From Thermodesulfobacteriota bacterium (GTDB lineage Bacteria > Desulfobacterota_D > UBA1144 > Nemesobacterales > UBA2774), in contig OZ244991.1 in the NCBI GenBank assembly GCA_965223335.1, positions 800,001-864,000 of the forward strand: DNA of 64,000 nucleotides, given 5' to 3'. Within the stretch, counting starts at the first letter, position 1; each line of letters starts with the position of its first letter. Positions 30,567-40,298 of this stretch are shown here, piece by piece. The position numbers were made by a program, and so were the translations under genes. The notes beneath the pieces were generated by a model. It saw only the letters and a program-made list of their open reading frames with translations, did no database searches and was not told the DNA's origin.

Positions 30567-31772
30567 TTACCTGGCCAAAAAACTCTTTAGTATGTCGCCC
30601 ATTTCAGACTCGGCCAGTTTCTCAAGCGCCCGTTTTTCAATCTGTCTAATGCGCTCACGGGTCAGATCAAACCTCCGGCCTATCTCGTCAAGTGTATAAG
30701 TACTGTCCTCATCGATACCAAATCGCAGTCTGATTATCTCTTCTTCCCTGGCTGTCAACACATGAAGAGCGTCCCGAATCTCTTTTGTAAGAGCAGATGT
30801 TGCCATCACAGAGTCCGGTGCCGGCAGGTTATCGTCTGCAATAAAGTCGAGTAGTGTAGTCTTCTCGCCGTCCATTATCGGCGTGTCCAGTCGTGCCGCA
30901 TCGTTAGTGGACTCGAGTATTCTCTTAACACCCTCTACGGATATCCCCGCCACCTCTGCAACCTCTTCCGGTAGGGGTTTACGGTCAAGCTCTTTAGTCA
31001 ACATAGAGCTTATTCTGTACACCTTGCTTGCCTGCTCCAACACATACACGGGGACTCTGATGGTTCTGGTCTGGTCCAGCAGGGCTCTCGAAATAGCCTG
31101 ATGTATCCACCAAGAAGCATAGGTAGAAAATTTGTAACCCTTTGTATGGTCAAACCTCTCCACAGCCCTCATCAAACCTACGTTACCCTCTTGGATGAGG
31201 TCGGTAAGGGGCAGCCCCCTGCCCATATATCTCTTGGAAATACTTACTACTAGCCGCAGGTTCGCCTTTACAAAGCGCTCCTTTAGGTCTGTGGCCCTCT
31301 CGGCAAATATTTTTGAAAAAGCACTTAGGCTCTCGATACGCTTAGCAAGTATGGCTTGTCTCTTAAGAGCAGCCTGCTTATTCTTACTTCTTTTTAGGGT
31401 GTCTTCCTTTCTTCTTGCAAGTTTATCAACATAAATAAGTAGCTCTTTAGATTTAACCTCGCACTTCTTTATCTGTGCAGAAACCTCAATCTCTTCCTTT
31501 GCAGTCAGCAGCGATTCAATGGACATATCCTTAAAATAGACATAGAGGAGTCTAAACTGCTCGTCCGGCGTCCACTCTTCGTTGTTCTCTTGTTCCTGTT
31601 CCTCGGTACTCTCAACCGTGAAATCGAAATCCTGGTCATCACCGTCCAGCATTACGTCTTTGCCAAAACCTAAAGATGCGTAGGATTCCTCTTTGTTCTG
31701 CTCGGAATAAGTATTGATTTTGCTCATTTCTGAGCCATTGTCTTCGACATCTTTAAATTTTGCTGTCTTCAT
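30567..31772 (-). CDS. RNA polymerase sigma-70 factor (RpoD/RpoS-like paralogue)
   Basis: [45 protein letters not shown]. Confidence 0.92.
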   Translation of the reverse strand: MKTAKFKDVEDNGSEMSKINTYSEQNKEESYASLGFGKDVMLDGDDQDFDFTVESTEEQEQENNEEWTPDEQFRLLYVYFKDMSIESLLTAKEEIEVSAQIKKCEVKSKELLIYVDKLARRKEDTLKRSKNKQAALKRQAILAKRIESLSAFSKIFAERATDLKERFVKANLRLVVSISKRYMGRGLPLTDLIQEGNVGLMRAVERFDHTKGYKFSTYASWWIHQAISRALLDQTRTIRVPVYVLEQASKVYRISSMLTKELDRKPLPEEVAEVAGISVEGVKRILESTNDAARLDTPIMDGEKTTLLDFIADDNLPAPDSVMATSALTKEIRDALHVLTAREEEIIRLRFGIDEDSTYTLDEIGRRFDLTRERIRQIEKRALEKLAESEMGDILKSFLAR

Positions 31773-31826
31773 GACCTGTCCCTTGTAGAATAGAGTTTGT
31801 CTGGGGAAATAACCTTTAACTTTATT

Positions 31827-31855
31827 AATATATGCCTTTAGGATATGGATGTCAA
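31827..31855 (-). promoter_or_regulatory. Sigma-70-type promoter of the sigma factor gene
   Basis: TTGACA-17 nt-TATATT on the minus strand. Confidence 0.55.
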
Positions 31856-32033
31856 GCAGTTTCTTCGCACATGCAAAAAAATTGTCTAAATAAATATATT
31901 CAATATATTCGGAGAATAACGATGGTTTTATACCAATATCTACGCGTTAGCTAAGAGGATTTTGTGCTAATTGCTTGTGTTTTGGATTCTATGATTAGGG
32001 TCTTACGTACGTGCTATCAACCTATTTTCTAGG

Positions 32034-32771
32034 TTATTTAATCTCCTCAACAAATGCTTCCGTTCCTTCTTTATACATAAACTCATGGGAATAGTCCGAG
32101 GCTGACTCAAACGAATCGAAATTACCTACCTTTACCAGGTTCCATACCTCCCCGCGCGAGTTTTCAACCGATACTACATATGCATCATGTCCCCTGCTCT
32201 TTAAATCATTTACAACCCACTCGGCCTTATCCAAGTCATAGAAAGCCGATATCTGTAATGTGTATTTATGGTCCCCATCGTGCTTATCGGGGATATCCGG
32301 GTTTTTTACAACTATATCTATATCGCCTTCAGAAGATGCCGGAGTATCACCCAGATTTGTATTTTCTGCGGTTGTTTCATCAGAATCATCATCGACCACA
32401 ATAGCAGACCCTCTGCCCTCATCTGTTTTAACAAGTGAATTTGGAATATAATCTCTTGTGTCCGATCCGACAACCTCTGCTTTGCTATCAACACTTTCTA
32501 CACTTTTTTTTGAGTTTGTAATATCCGACTGTTCCTGAATATCGGTAGGTTCAGATAGTTGAGCAGTACCAACATCACTATATTCCCGAGTGTCTGTAGC
32601 AGGCTGTTCCGATCTGTTTTGCACTAAATCGGTGTCCTTATCCAATTTAGTGCCCACATAGACACCTATCCCAAATACAACTGCGAATATTAGAAAGGAT
32701 TCGAGCAACGACAATATACCGCGTTTTTTACGCGGCTTTGTAATGATAAGCTTAGGTCTAAGCTCTCCCAT
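32034..32771 (-). CDS. SPOR-domain membrane protein (FtsN/DedD-like architecture)
   Basis: N-terminal TM, acidic linker, C-terminal YTLQISAF...VKVGNF SPOR-like domain. ORF-track start 32834 lies inside the tRNA, so moved to ATG 32771. Confidence 0.8.
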   Translation of the reverse strand: MGELRPKLIITKPRKKRGILSLLESFLIFAVVFGIGVYVGTKLDKDTDLVQNRSEQPATDTREYSDVGTAQLSEPTDIQEQSDITNSKKSVESVDSKAEVVGSDTRDYIPNSLVKTDEGRGSAIVVDDDSDETTAENTNLGDTPASSEGDIDIVVKNPDIPDKHDGDHKYTLQISAFYDLDKAEWVVNDLKSRGHDAYVVSVENSRGEVWNLVKVGNFDSFESASDYSHEFMYKEGTEAFVEEIK

Positions 32772-32790
32772 TGTAATCTTCCAACCCGAG

Positions 32791-32878
32791 TGGTGCCGAA
32801 GGGGGGATTTGAACCCCCACGAGCTTGCGCCCACAGGATCCTGAATCCTGCGCGTCTACCAAATTCCGCCACTTCGGC
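32791..32878 (-). tRNA. tRNA-Leu (anticodon CAG)
   Basis: gccgaag acceptor stem, anticodon arm cagga-ttCAGga-tcctg, long variable arm, ggttcaaatcc T-arm, encoded CCA. Confidence 0.96.
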
Positions 32879-33068
32879 GTAGTTTTTAGTGACGGATCAC
32901 AAGTATAAACAATCTAATAATATCACACATATATTAAAATTAAACCCGCTGAATCCCTACATTATCTTGTATTGTGAACCGAAATATAAGAGTAAAGAAT
33001 CGCTTTTTCCATTATTGCTCTATTAACTATGTTACGGCTTATACATTGCTAAACCGATTAGTCCAACC

Positions 33069-34223
33069 CTAGGCCATCTCTTCATTTTTAGTAACAAGTC
33101 TGGAAAGTACCTCTTTTTGTATAGTCTCGATCTCCACCCTGGCCTCAGCAAAAGCATCGGTGGATTTACCCCTCTCAGTACACTCCTCTACAAGCTGGTC
33201 CAGGTCAGATGATATATGCTTTAGCTTGGTCTGTGCCTCGATATTGGCATTAAGCGTCATCTCCTCAGTGTCCCACTCGCGCTTCGAATACTCCTCGAGC
33301 TCCTTAGCCTGGATCAGCAGTTCCTTTAGTCTGTCTCTGTAGCCATGGAGAGATTGATAGATTACCGTGCGAACATCCTCACGCTCCGAGGGCGTATTCC
33401 AGAGCATATTCTCAAGCATAGGGATATCGTCCTCACTAACCTCATTGCGCCCATCCATGTAAGCACGCGAGCAAAGAACAGGTAACGAGAGTTTAAACCT
33501 TCTGTCAGAGGGTGTAATCCCCTTTTTCTTTAGCTCCTTTCTTATCTTTGAGACGAGCTTTAATATATGGGGCGGTACAGAGACGTTTCTAACCTCGGTT
33601 TGCAGCTCTCGTAGTTCTTCTATAGTTATTGTTGTCTTCGTTTCACTACTGTCATCAGGTGTGTCGAGCATCTTGAGGAATCTAAAATCTTCGTCTATAT
33701 AATCCACCACATACCTGAGCAAGAACCTGTCATAGAGTGCCTCAAGCTCGTCTTCTTCAGCGGGGAGCTCATTACTGGCACCGAACATAGCAATTAGAGG
33801 AATGTCGAGTGTTTCGGTCCCGTTATGGAACTTTCTCTCATTCATGATTGTAAGTAGAGTGTTCAGTATCGATGAGCTTGCTTTAAAAACCTCGTCCAAA
33901 AATGCAATATTAGCCTCGGGAAGTTTGCCGTGTACAACCCTCCTGTACTCGTCGTTCTCAAGCCCCTTAAGGCTGATGGCGCCAAATATCTCTTCGGGGG
34001 TAGTAAACTTTGTAAGAAGCCACTGGAAGTAAGAAGCCCCCTCTATCCTCTGGCAAATCTCATTTGCCAAGTAGGATTTAGCGGTGCCGGGCGGGCCGAT
34101 CAAAATTGTATGATTCCCCGTGAGCAGAGCGCTTAGCGCCCCATCGATCACATCATCACGCTCAAAAAAACTCTGCTTTAACTCCTCGGCGATAACTCTC
34201 AGTTTATCTATAGCTCTTTCCAT
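33069..34223 (-). CDS. AAA+ ATPase, MoxR/RavA family
   Basis: GPPGTAKS, LLTKFTTPEEIFG, FLDEVFKASSSILNTLL, ASNELP, ALYDRF, SDRR. Confidence 0.9.
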   Translation of the reverse strand: MERAIDKLRVIAEELKQSFFERDDVIDGALSALLTGNHTILIGPPGTAKSYLANEICQRIEGASYFQWLLTKFTTPEEIFGAISLKGLENDEYRRVVHGKLPEANIAFLDEVFKASSSILNTLLTIMNERKFHNGTETLDIPLIAMFGASNELPAEEDELEALYDRFLLRYVVDYIDEDFRFLKMLDTPDDSSETKTTITIEELRELQTEVRNVSVPPHILKLVSKIRKELKKKGITPSDRRFKLSLPVLCSRAYMDGRNEVSEDDIPMLENMLWNTPSEREDVRTVIYQSLHGYRDRLKELLIQAKELEEYSKREWDTEEMTLNANIEAQTKLKHISSDLDQLVEECTERGKSTDAFAEARVEIETIQKEVLSRLVTKNEEMA

Positions 34224-35323
34224 GACACAATATCCACAGTCTCGGTGTTATTACCCGTTGTTTTCTTAAGCACCGCCTCGACCACTCTCTTAGTAGGGTT
34301 ATCTTCACCTAGACTCCCTACAGATAGTACAGAGAAAATATCACTTTTGCCAGAGTTATGCACCACTCCCACAAGTCCGGCACTTATCTCAAGCGTAGGG
34401 TCTACCTCGCCGGTCAAGTCGCGTGCCCTCTTTTGCCCCACGATCGGTTCTTCCTCCCTGCCCTCGATGATTTCGTCAGCCACCTGCTCGGCGATATCGT
34501 CCGAGATGTTAATCGAACTCGGCACACCCTGACCCTCAATGGCCGACACCGCCGATGCCATAACAGCCGCCATCAGCACTACTTTGGGTGCCGTGCTGAA
34601 ATTAATTTTCTTGTCTCCGGGATATACGGTTACATAGTCCTTAATCTTTTGGAAAAACTCTATATCCATACCGTCTATCATGCGTATCTCTTCCACGCTA
34701 TCGAGCCGCCCGTCTTTAATAAAGTAGGGGTTCTCAAGCCCCGAGTAAAACGAGCTGTTGGCACCCCCAGAGTTCTGGTCGTTATTGGTACCCTCTATAT
34801 TCGAGTCGAGCCAGTTTGTTAAACTTGCCAAAAAACGGTCGGACTTAGTACTGTCAACACCCAACAACCTAAACAATTCGGTCAGTTCCGTTAATACCTG
34901 CTGATCGACCTGATTGGTCTTATCACTCACGAGTGCATTTAAATTTATTTTTGACCTCTCGTCCACCACTGTGACCGCGACACTACCGTCACCCACAGGA
35001 AAATACGGCACACTTATGGACCAGTTGCCCTCCGCATTGTCAGAGCCCGTACTTCTGGTAATATCGGTCAGTTCTTCGAGCGTCTGGTTCTTCATTGTCC
35101 CCGCTGCAACATGTACACCCGATTTTGCGATGTACCGCGCCTTTAGTTCATCCTTTGTGTTGGCGCTTATCTCTCGGTCGATCTGCGTATAGTAGATCAT
35201 ATCCACAACAAGAACCGTGAGGATCGCTATTACAATCAGCACTACAATTAGTACCACACCACTTTCGGATTCATACTTGCGCTTAATTGATTTTTGCATC
35301 TTAGTGTCGATGAGTTTTAGCAT
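34208..35323 (-). CDS. gspK: Type II secretion minor pseudopilin GspK
   Basis: SGVVLIVVLIVI, DERSKINLN, WLD, KINFSTAP; operon position. Start could be 35299. Confidence 0.88.
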   Translation of the reverse strand: MLKLIDTKMQKSIKRKYESESGVVLIVVLIVIAILTVLVVDMIYYTQIDREISANTKDELKARYIAKSGVHVAAGTMKNQTLEELTDITRSTGSDNAEGNWSISVPYFPVGDGSVAVTVVDERSKINLNALVSDKTNQVDQQVLTELTELFRLLGVDSTKSDRFLASLTNWLDSNIEGTNNDQNSGGANSSFYSGLENPYFIKDGRLDSVEEIRMIDGMDIEFFQKIKDYVTVYPGDKKINFSTAPKVVLMAAVMASAVSAIEGQGVPSSINISDDIAEQVADEIIEGREEEPIVGQKRARDLTGEVDPTLEISAGLVGVVHNSGKSDIFSVLSVGSLGEDNPTKRVVEAVLKKTTGNNTETVDIVSWKEL

Positions 35324-35332
35324 TTGATTCGC

Positions 35333-35995
35333 CTAGTCCACCACCGGTATCAGAATTAACGAACTAAACTCATGATCCTCCCCGCGCGGGCCTCTCATCA
35401 CGAGGGTTACGTTCACAGCACGCGGAAGCGACCCGATTGCCGAGGAATCCCACTCCGTTATTATGTCCTCCACTCCCTCAACGGGGTTAGCGCTGCCGAT
35501 ATAGTTTAGGTAAAACCCCGCGACCCTCTCGCTTATGGGATATTCAGTCCCCCCGTTCTCGGTGCCGATTCTGGGGTTATCCCTGCGCATAAGAGCGTAG
35601 AGGTCCGAGTTTTCGATCCCCTGCAAATAGTATGTGACCTCGGTTTGATCAGACTCCCCTTTCTGTGTAGAGGGCCTGCGAGAGAGCGAGGTAAACCTGA
35701 CGGAACCAAAATCACCGTCCTGGGCCCCCAAGAAATAGGGGTATGGCACCCCTGCGGATTCGGCAAACAGATCGCCCCGCGGGAACACCGTGCTTAGGTC
35801 TCTCGTCAGTCTAGAGAAAACCACCCTAGCCTCGTGGTAAAGCTCAAGCTCCTCCTCGGTCTTCTCCTTGGCCTTAATTATCTGGAAAAACGAAGCGTAG
35901 AGCACACCCACGACTATAGAGCCTATAAAAACAGCCAATAGTACTTCTATTAATGTAAACCCGCTATTTGTAGTCCGATATTGCCGTGGCAACAT
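35333..35995 (-). CDS. gspJ: Type II secretion pseudopilin GspJ
   Basis: GFTLIEVL cleavage motif, [14 protein letters not shown]. Confidence 0.85.
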   Translation of the reverse strand: MLPRQYRTTNSGFTLIEVLLAVFIGSIVVGVLYASFFQIIKAKEKTEEELELYHEARVVFSRLTRDLSTVFPRGDLFAESAGVPYPYFLGAQDGDFGSVRFTSLSRRPSTQKGESDQTEVTYYLQGIENSDLYALMRRDNPRIGTENGGTEYPISERVAGFYLNYIGSANPVEGVEDIITEWDSSAIGSLPRAVNVTLVMRGPRGEDHEFSSLILIPVVD

Positions 35996-36356
35996 AAAAG
36001 CCCTCGTTCCCTTCGTCCCAAGAGACCCTGAGCACAACAATCCTTATCTCTGCACCCAGCTGTTCAATGTTATAGGGTAGCACCGACAGGTACCAACTAA
36101 ACCCGGGTGCCTCTGCAAACGTCCCCTCTTCGTCCCCTATCTCGGGGAACCCCTCCAACTCTACTTCGGTGATTTTCTTTTGTGCAAGTGCCGAGGCTAT
36201 AGCCGCGTTCTTGGAATCAGCTGCAACTATAAGGTGCTTATTAACCGCACCTAGCAGAATTGCCAACGCCCCGCCCATTATGGCTACGGCTACCAGCACC
36301 TCAAGGAGTGTAAATCCCTTGCTATGTTTGTACTTATCTCGGTTCCTATTCGTTAT
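35964..36356 (-). CDS. gspI: Type II secretion pseudopilin GspI (probable ATA start)
   Basis: The frame of ORF 35964..36299 extends upstream to ...[20 protein letters not shown] 36356 lies 6 nt after GGAGG. Confidence 0.8.
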   Translation of the reverse strand: MTNRNRDKYKHSKGFTLLEVLVAVAIMGGALAILLGAVNKHLIVAADSKNAAIASALAQKKITEVELEGFPEIGDEEGTFAEAPGFSWYLSVLPYNIEQLGAEIRIVVLRVSWDEGNEGFYVATAISDYK

Positions 36357-36370
36357 CCGACCCCTCCCCG

Positions 36371-36880
36371 TTATCGCAGAAGAAGTTCGACATAATCATC
36401 ATATACCCTGGTCCCGCCCGTATAAGGTTTGGTGGCAATTGTGTAGTATTTGTCACTCTCAGTCTCCAGGTAAATAACCGCAGGCTCCACATAGCCTGTG
36501 GGCAAAAACAGTATAAACTCCTGTTCTTCTCCAATCCCTCTGGTACCGTCGCTACGCTCGGTAATAATATCCCTAAAATAGACGCCCACGGGCAGTTTCC
36601 TTCTCTTGAGCCAGGGGTCAGTGTGCGCAATGTACTCGTTGTTCTGAAGCACCTCTACCCAATACTCCCCCCCCTCGATATCAAACACAAGCCTATATAT
36701 ATTCTTTTTAAAAGCCGCCTCGTTATACAGGTACTTGATCGTGCCGGTTAAATTGCGCGCGGCACTCTTGATGTTGACATCGGTCATATCCTTTAACTTG
36801 GGGACAGCCACCAGAAAAAACGCCCCCACTATGAATATGACCACCAAGAGCTCTATAAGCGTAAAACCTTTTTTTTTCAT
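36371..36880 (-). CDS. gspH: Type II secretion pseudopilin GspH
   Basis: [19 protein letters not shown]; lies between gspG and gspI. Confidence 0.85.
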   Translation of the reverse strand: MKKKGFTLIELLVVIFIVGAFFLVAVPKLKDMTDVNIKSAARNLTGTIKYLYNEAAFKKNIYRLVFDIEGGEYWVEVLQNNEYIAHTDPWLKRRKLPVGVYFRDIITERSDGTRGIGEEQEFILFLPTGYVEPAVIYLETESDKYYTIATKPYTGGTRVYDDYVELLLR

Positions 36881-36882
36881 CT

Positions 36883-37311
36883 CTACCGCACAGTACGACT
36901 GGAAATATCGTCGTCGTTCTGAGGGGTACCGTCCGGTCCCATAGATATTATTTCGTAAGACCCGTCACCGGTTTGGTCCGGACCGATGTATATATACTCT
37001 GCACCCCACGCGTCCAGGGGAATCTGATCGGCTTCCAGATAGCCCTTGGGGTCATACTTAAGTGGCTCACGCCCGACTGTCGGCATAGAGATCAAAGCCT
37101 GGAGGCCCTGCTGGGTCTCGGGGTAAAAGCCGTTATCGACCTTAAACAGCTTCAGTCCCGACTCAAGCTGTTTAATCTGAATACCGGTCTGCTCAATCTT
37201 GGATTTATCCAACTGACCGATCACATTAGTACCGACAATATATGCGAGCCCCGCAATAATAATGAGCACCACCATTATCTCAATCAGTGTAAAACCGCCC
37301 TGCGCTTTCAT
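36883..37311 (-). CDS. gspG: Type II secretion major pseudopilin GspG
   Basis: GFTLIEIMVV, DNGFYP..QGLQAL, DAWG, SMGPDG; AGGAGG upstream. Confidence 0.93.
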   Translation of the reverse strand: MKAQGGFTLIEIMVVLIIIAGLAYIVGTNVIGQLDKSKIEQTGIQIKQLESGLKLFKVDNGFYPETQQGLQALISMPTVGREPLKYDPKGYLEADQIPLDAWGAEYIYIGPDQTGDGSYEIISMGPDGTPQNDDDISSRTVR

Positions 37312-37327
37312 ATACACGTACCTCCTT

Positions 37328-38533
37328 TTATCCAATTGTTGATGTTAGATTAAATATTGGCAGAAGTATAGCAAACACTATAAATCCCATTATTGCACCT
37401 ATGATTAGTATCATCACGGGCTCAAGCAGTGCAGTAAGCGTGGACACCGTGGTCTCGACCTGCTGGTCATAGATGTCCGCAATCTTTGTAAGCATGTCTT
37501 CCATCTCGCCCGTCTGCTCTCCCACCGCTATCATTCTAGTTACCAGAGGGGGAAACACCCCGCTATCCCTAAGGGGAGCCGCAAGTGTGGCACCCTCTCT
37601 CACGTCCTCTCGCACACGCTCGAGCGCCTGTCCGTAAACGGCATTCGCCATAACTGCTTCACCGATCTTTAAAGCGTCCAATAGCGGTATACCGCTTGAT
37701 ATAAGTGTACCCAGAGTCCGCGTAAACCTGGATATTACAACCATAGTGTTGATCTTCCCAAATATAGGCATCCGTAGCGCTACCCTGTCAAAAAACATCT
37801 TACCGCGCTCTGTCTTTCGAAACCGGAATAACCCGACCACAAGCAAAACCATCACCACCAGTATCAAGATCATATTATTGCTTATAAAATCGCTTATCGA
37901 GATGAGCACAACCGTTATCATGGGCAGTGCCTTCTCGCTCTGCTCAAATATCTTGGCAATTCGGGGGATAACAAAATTGACCATAAAAAACAGCACCCCG
38001 GCCCCGAATATAAACATGAATAGGGGATAGATAAGCGCGCTACGAACCTTGGAACTGAGTGCAGCCTGTTTCTCCAGAAAGTCCGCTAAACGCAATAGCA
38101 CTATGTCTAGGGTACCGCTAGCCTCACCGGCTTTCACAATATTGATATACAAATCACTAAAAACATTTTTATGCTCACCCATTGCGTTTGCGAGTGAGCT
38201 CCCCTCGCTCACACGGTCCTTTACCTGTGTTAAGACCTGCCCGAGCCTAGCGTCTTCGGTCTGCTCAGATAGAGCACTTAGCGATGCCTCAAGTGGCAAC
38301 CCCGCTGATATGAGCGTAGAGAACTGCCTAGTAGTCACTGCAAGCTCCCCAGCACTTATCCCGCGAAACGGGATTATGCTACGTGATTTACCCTCTTTTA
38401 CCTCATGAATCGAAGAGAGGAACACACCCTCTCGCCGAAGTTTTTCAGACGCACTCTTGGGTGAGTCAGCATCCACAACCCCGTTTACCGACTGCCCACT
38501 CTCATTTATGGCTTTGTATTTATATACCGGCAT
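37328..38533 (-). CDS. gspF: Type II secretion inner-membrane protein GspF
   Basis: MPVYKYKA, TRQFSTLISAGLPL, AGEASG, ALIYP, VGEQTG, LLEP. Confidence 0.94.
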   Translation of the reverse strand: MPVYKYKAINESGQSVNGVVDADSPKSASEKLRREGVFLSSIHEVKEGKSRSIIPFRGISAGELAVTTRQFSTLISAGLPLEASLSALSEQTEDARLGQVLTQVKDRVSEGSSLANAMGEHKNVFSDLYINIVKAGEASGTLDIVLLRLADFLEKQAALSSKVRSALIYPLFMFIFGAGVLFFMVNFVIPRIAKIFEQSEKALPMITVVLISISDFISNNMILILVVMVLLVVGLFRFRKTERGKMFFDRVALRMPIFGKINTMVVISRFTRTLGTLISSGIPLLDALKIGEAVMANAVYGQALERVREDVREGATLAAPLRDSGVFPPLVTRMIAVGEQTGEMEDMLTKIADIYDQQVETTVSTLTALLEPVMILIIGAIMGFIVFAILLPIFNLTSTIG

Positions 38534-38591
38534 GATGCTAGAAAAGTAACCCTTTACTCCAGGCAATAAAAGTTTAAGACCCCGCCTTGCA

Positions 38592-40277
38592 CTAGTCTAC
38601 GACAGCCTCGTCTTCGGTAACCCTCATTATCTCGTCCACCGAGGTTAGTCCCCTTAGCACTTTCTCAGCACCATCAGACCTAAGAGTCACCATCCCCTCG
38701 CTGACAGCATATTTTTTTATCGTAGACGAGTCGGCAGTGTTCAGAGTATGGTTCCTCACACCATCGTCTATAAGCAGCATCTCAAATATGGCAGTTCGCC
38801 CGCTATACCCGGTGTCTATGCAGTCGCTGCACCCCTTGGCACGGTATAGCACACCGTCATGGAGCTTGTCTCTTTTTATGCCAATGCGTTCCAGCTCGTC
38901 GTCATGTGGCTCGTAGGGCTCTTTACACGACGGACACAAAAAACGCACCAAACGCTGCGCAACCACAGCCATTAGGGACGATGCAACCAAAAACGGCTCG
39001 ATCTCCATGTCTATGAGTCTTGTGATCGCACTGGCGGAATCGTTTGTGTGTAGGGTCGAGAACACCAGGTGACCCGTAAGCGATGCATGGATCGCAATGT
39101 CTGCCGTTTCTCTATCCCTTATCTCACCTACAAGGATAACGTCCGGGTCCTGGCGCAGTATAGAGCGTAGCCCGTTTGCAAAGCTGAGGTTCACCTTGGG
39201 GTTAACCTGTATCTGATTGATACCCTGGATTTGATATTCCACAGGGTCCTCTACGGTAATAATCTTTTTATCAGGTGAGTTGATCCTCTCCAACGACGCG
39301 TACAGCGAGGTGGTTTTACCACTACCCGTAGGGCCAGTGACCAGGATAATCCCGTGTGGCCTGCGTATTAGTGCATCCACAGTAGCAAGCTTCTCACCCT
39401 CAAGCCCTAGGTCTTCTAGGCTAAGCATCACAGACGAGCGGTCTAGCAGCCTCATCACCACACTCTCACCCCAAGAGGTGGGCACAGTAGAGATACGAAC
39501 GTCGACGTCCCTACCTGCGACCTTGACACGGATCCTGCCGTCCTGCGGTTTCCGCTTTTCGGCAATATCGAGCTCGGCCATGATCTTAAGCCTCGAAATT
39601 ACAGAGGCTTGCAGCTTTTTGGGGATCGAGGTAACTTCGTGCAGAATACCGTCTTTCCTGAACCTCACTGATACATCGCGCTCAAAACACTCTACATGTA
39701 TATCGCTTGCTTTCTCTTTTACCGCTTGGAACAATAGCGAATTCACAAACCGGATTATGGGGGCCTCGTCATCGGTCTCGAGCAGGTCCTTGGGCTCTTG
39801 AATATCCAGTTCCGAAATCCCTACAGCGTCTTCGTCCTCAATACTATCCGCCATCTCTTTGCCACGTTCATATACTCTGTTAATGCTCTCTACAATCACG
39901 TGGTCAAACGCCAAAACGGGTTTTACCTCGCACCCGAAAACAGACCTCACCTCATCGAGCGCATAGAGGTCCACCGGCGGAGCAAACGCTACCTCCACCG
40001 CACCGTTTATCTGCTTGATAGGCATCAATCTGTATTTTTTGGCAAAGCTGATAGGTAGTTTTTGGACCAGTTCCGAATCAATATCGTTTTGAGAGATCTC
40101 GAGCACATAGGGTATATCATAGTACTCAGAGAGCACATCCAAAACTTCTTCGGCCTCTAAGAGATCTGTTTTAAGCAGCATCTCCTCAAGGCTTTCGTCG
40201 TTATCACTTAGAAGTTCGTCTATCTTTTGGAGAGCTTCGGGTTTTTTCTCGCTTACTATATCGTGGATATTCTTCAT
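38592..40277 (-). CDS. gspE: Type II secretion ATPase GspE
   Basis: ASDIH, LDIAEKRKPQDGR, TGPTGSGKTT, LRQDPD, CPSC/CSDC Zn motif. Confidence 0.96.
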   Translation of the reverse strand: MKNIHDIVSEKKPEALQKIDELLSDNDESLEEMLLKTDLLEAEEVLDVLSEYYDIPYVLEISQNDIDSELVQKLPISFAKKYRLMPIKQINGAVEVAFAPPVDLYALDEVRSVFGCEVKPVLAFDHVIVESINRVYERGKEMADSIEDEDAVGISELDIQEPKDLLETDDEAPIIRFVNSLLFQAVKEKASDIHVECFERDVSVRFRKDGILHEVTSIPKKLQASVISRLKIMAELDIAEKRKPQDGRIRVKVAGRDVDVRISTVPTSWGESVVMRLLDRSSVMLSLEDLGLEGEKLATVDALIRRPHGIILVTGPTGSGKTTSLYASLERINSPDKKIITVEDPVEYQIQGINQIQVNPKVNLSFANGLRSILRQDPDVILVGEIRDRETADIAIHASLTGHLVFSTLHTNDSASAITRLIDMEIEPFLVASSLMAVVAQRLVRFLCPSCKEPYEPHDDELERIGIKRDKLHDGVLYRAKGCSDCIDTGYSGRTAIFEMLLIDDGVRNHTLNTADSSTIKKYAVSEGMVTLRSDGAEKVLRGLTSVDEIMRVTEDEAVVD

Positions 40278-40298
40278 GCGAATTTCACCAACCCCGTG

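Noticed and set aside
32690..32872. ORF 32690..32872 and the 5' extension of the SPOR gene
   Set aside because: Both are read through tRNA-Leu and are artefacts.
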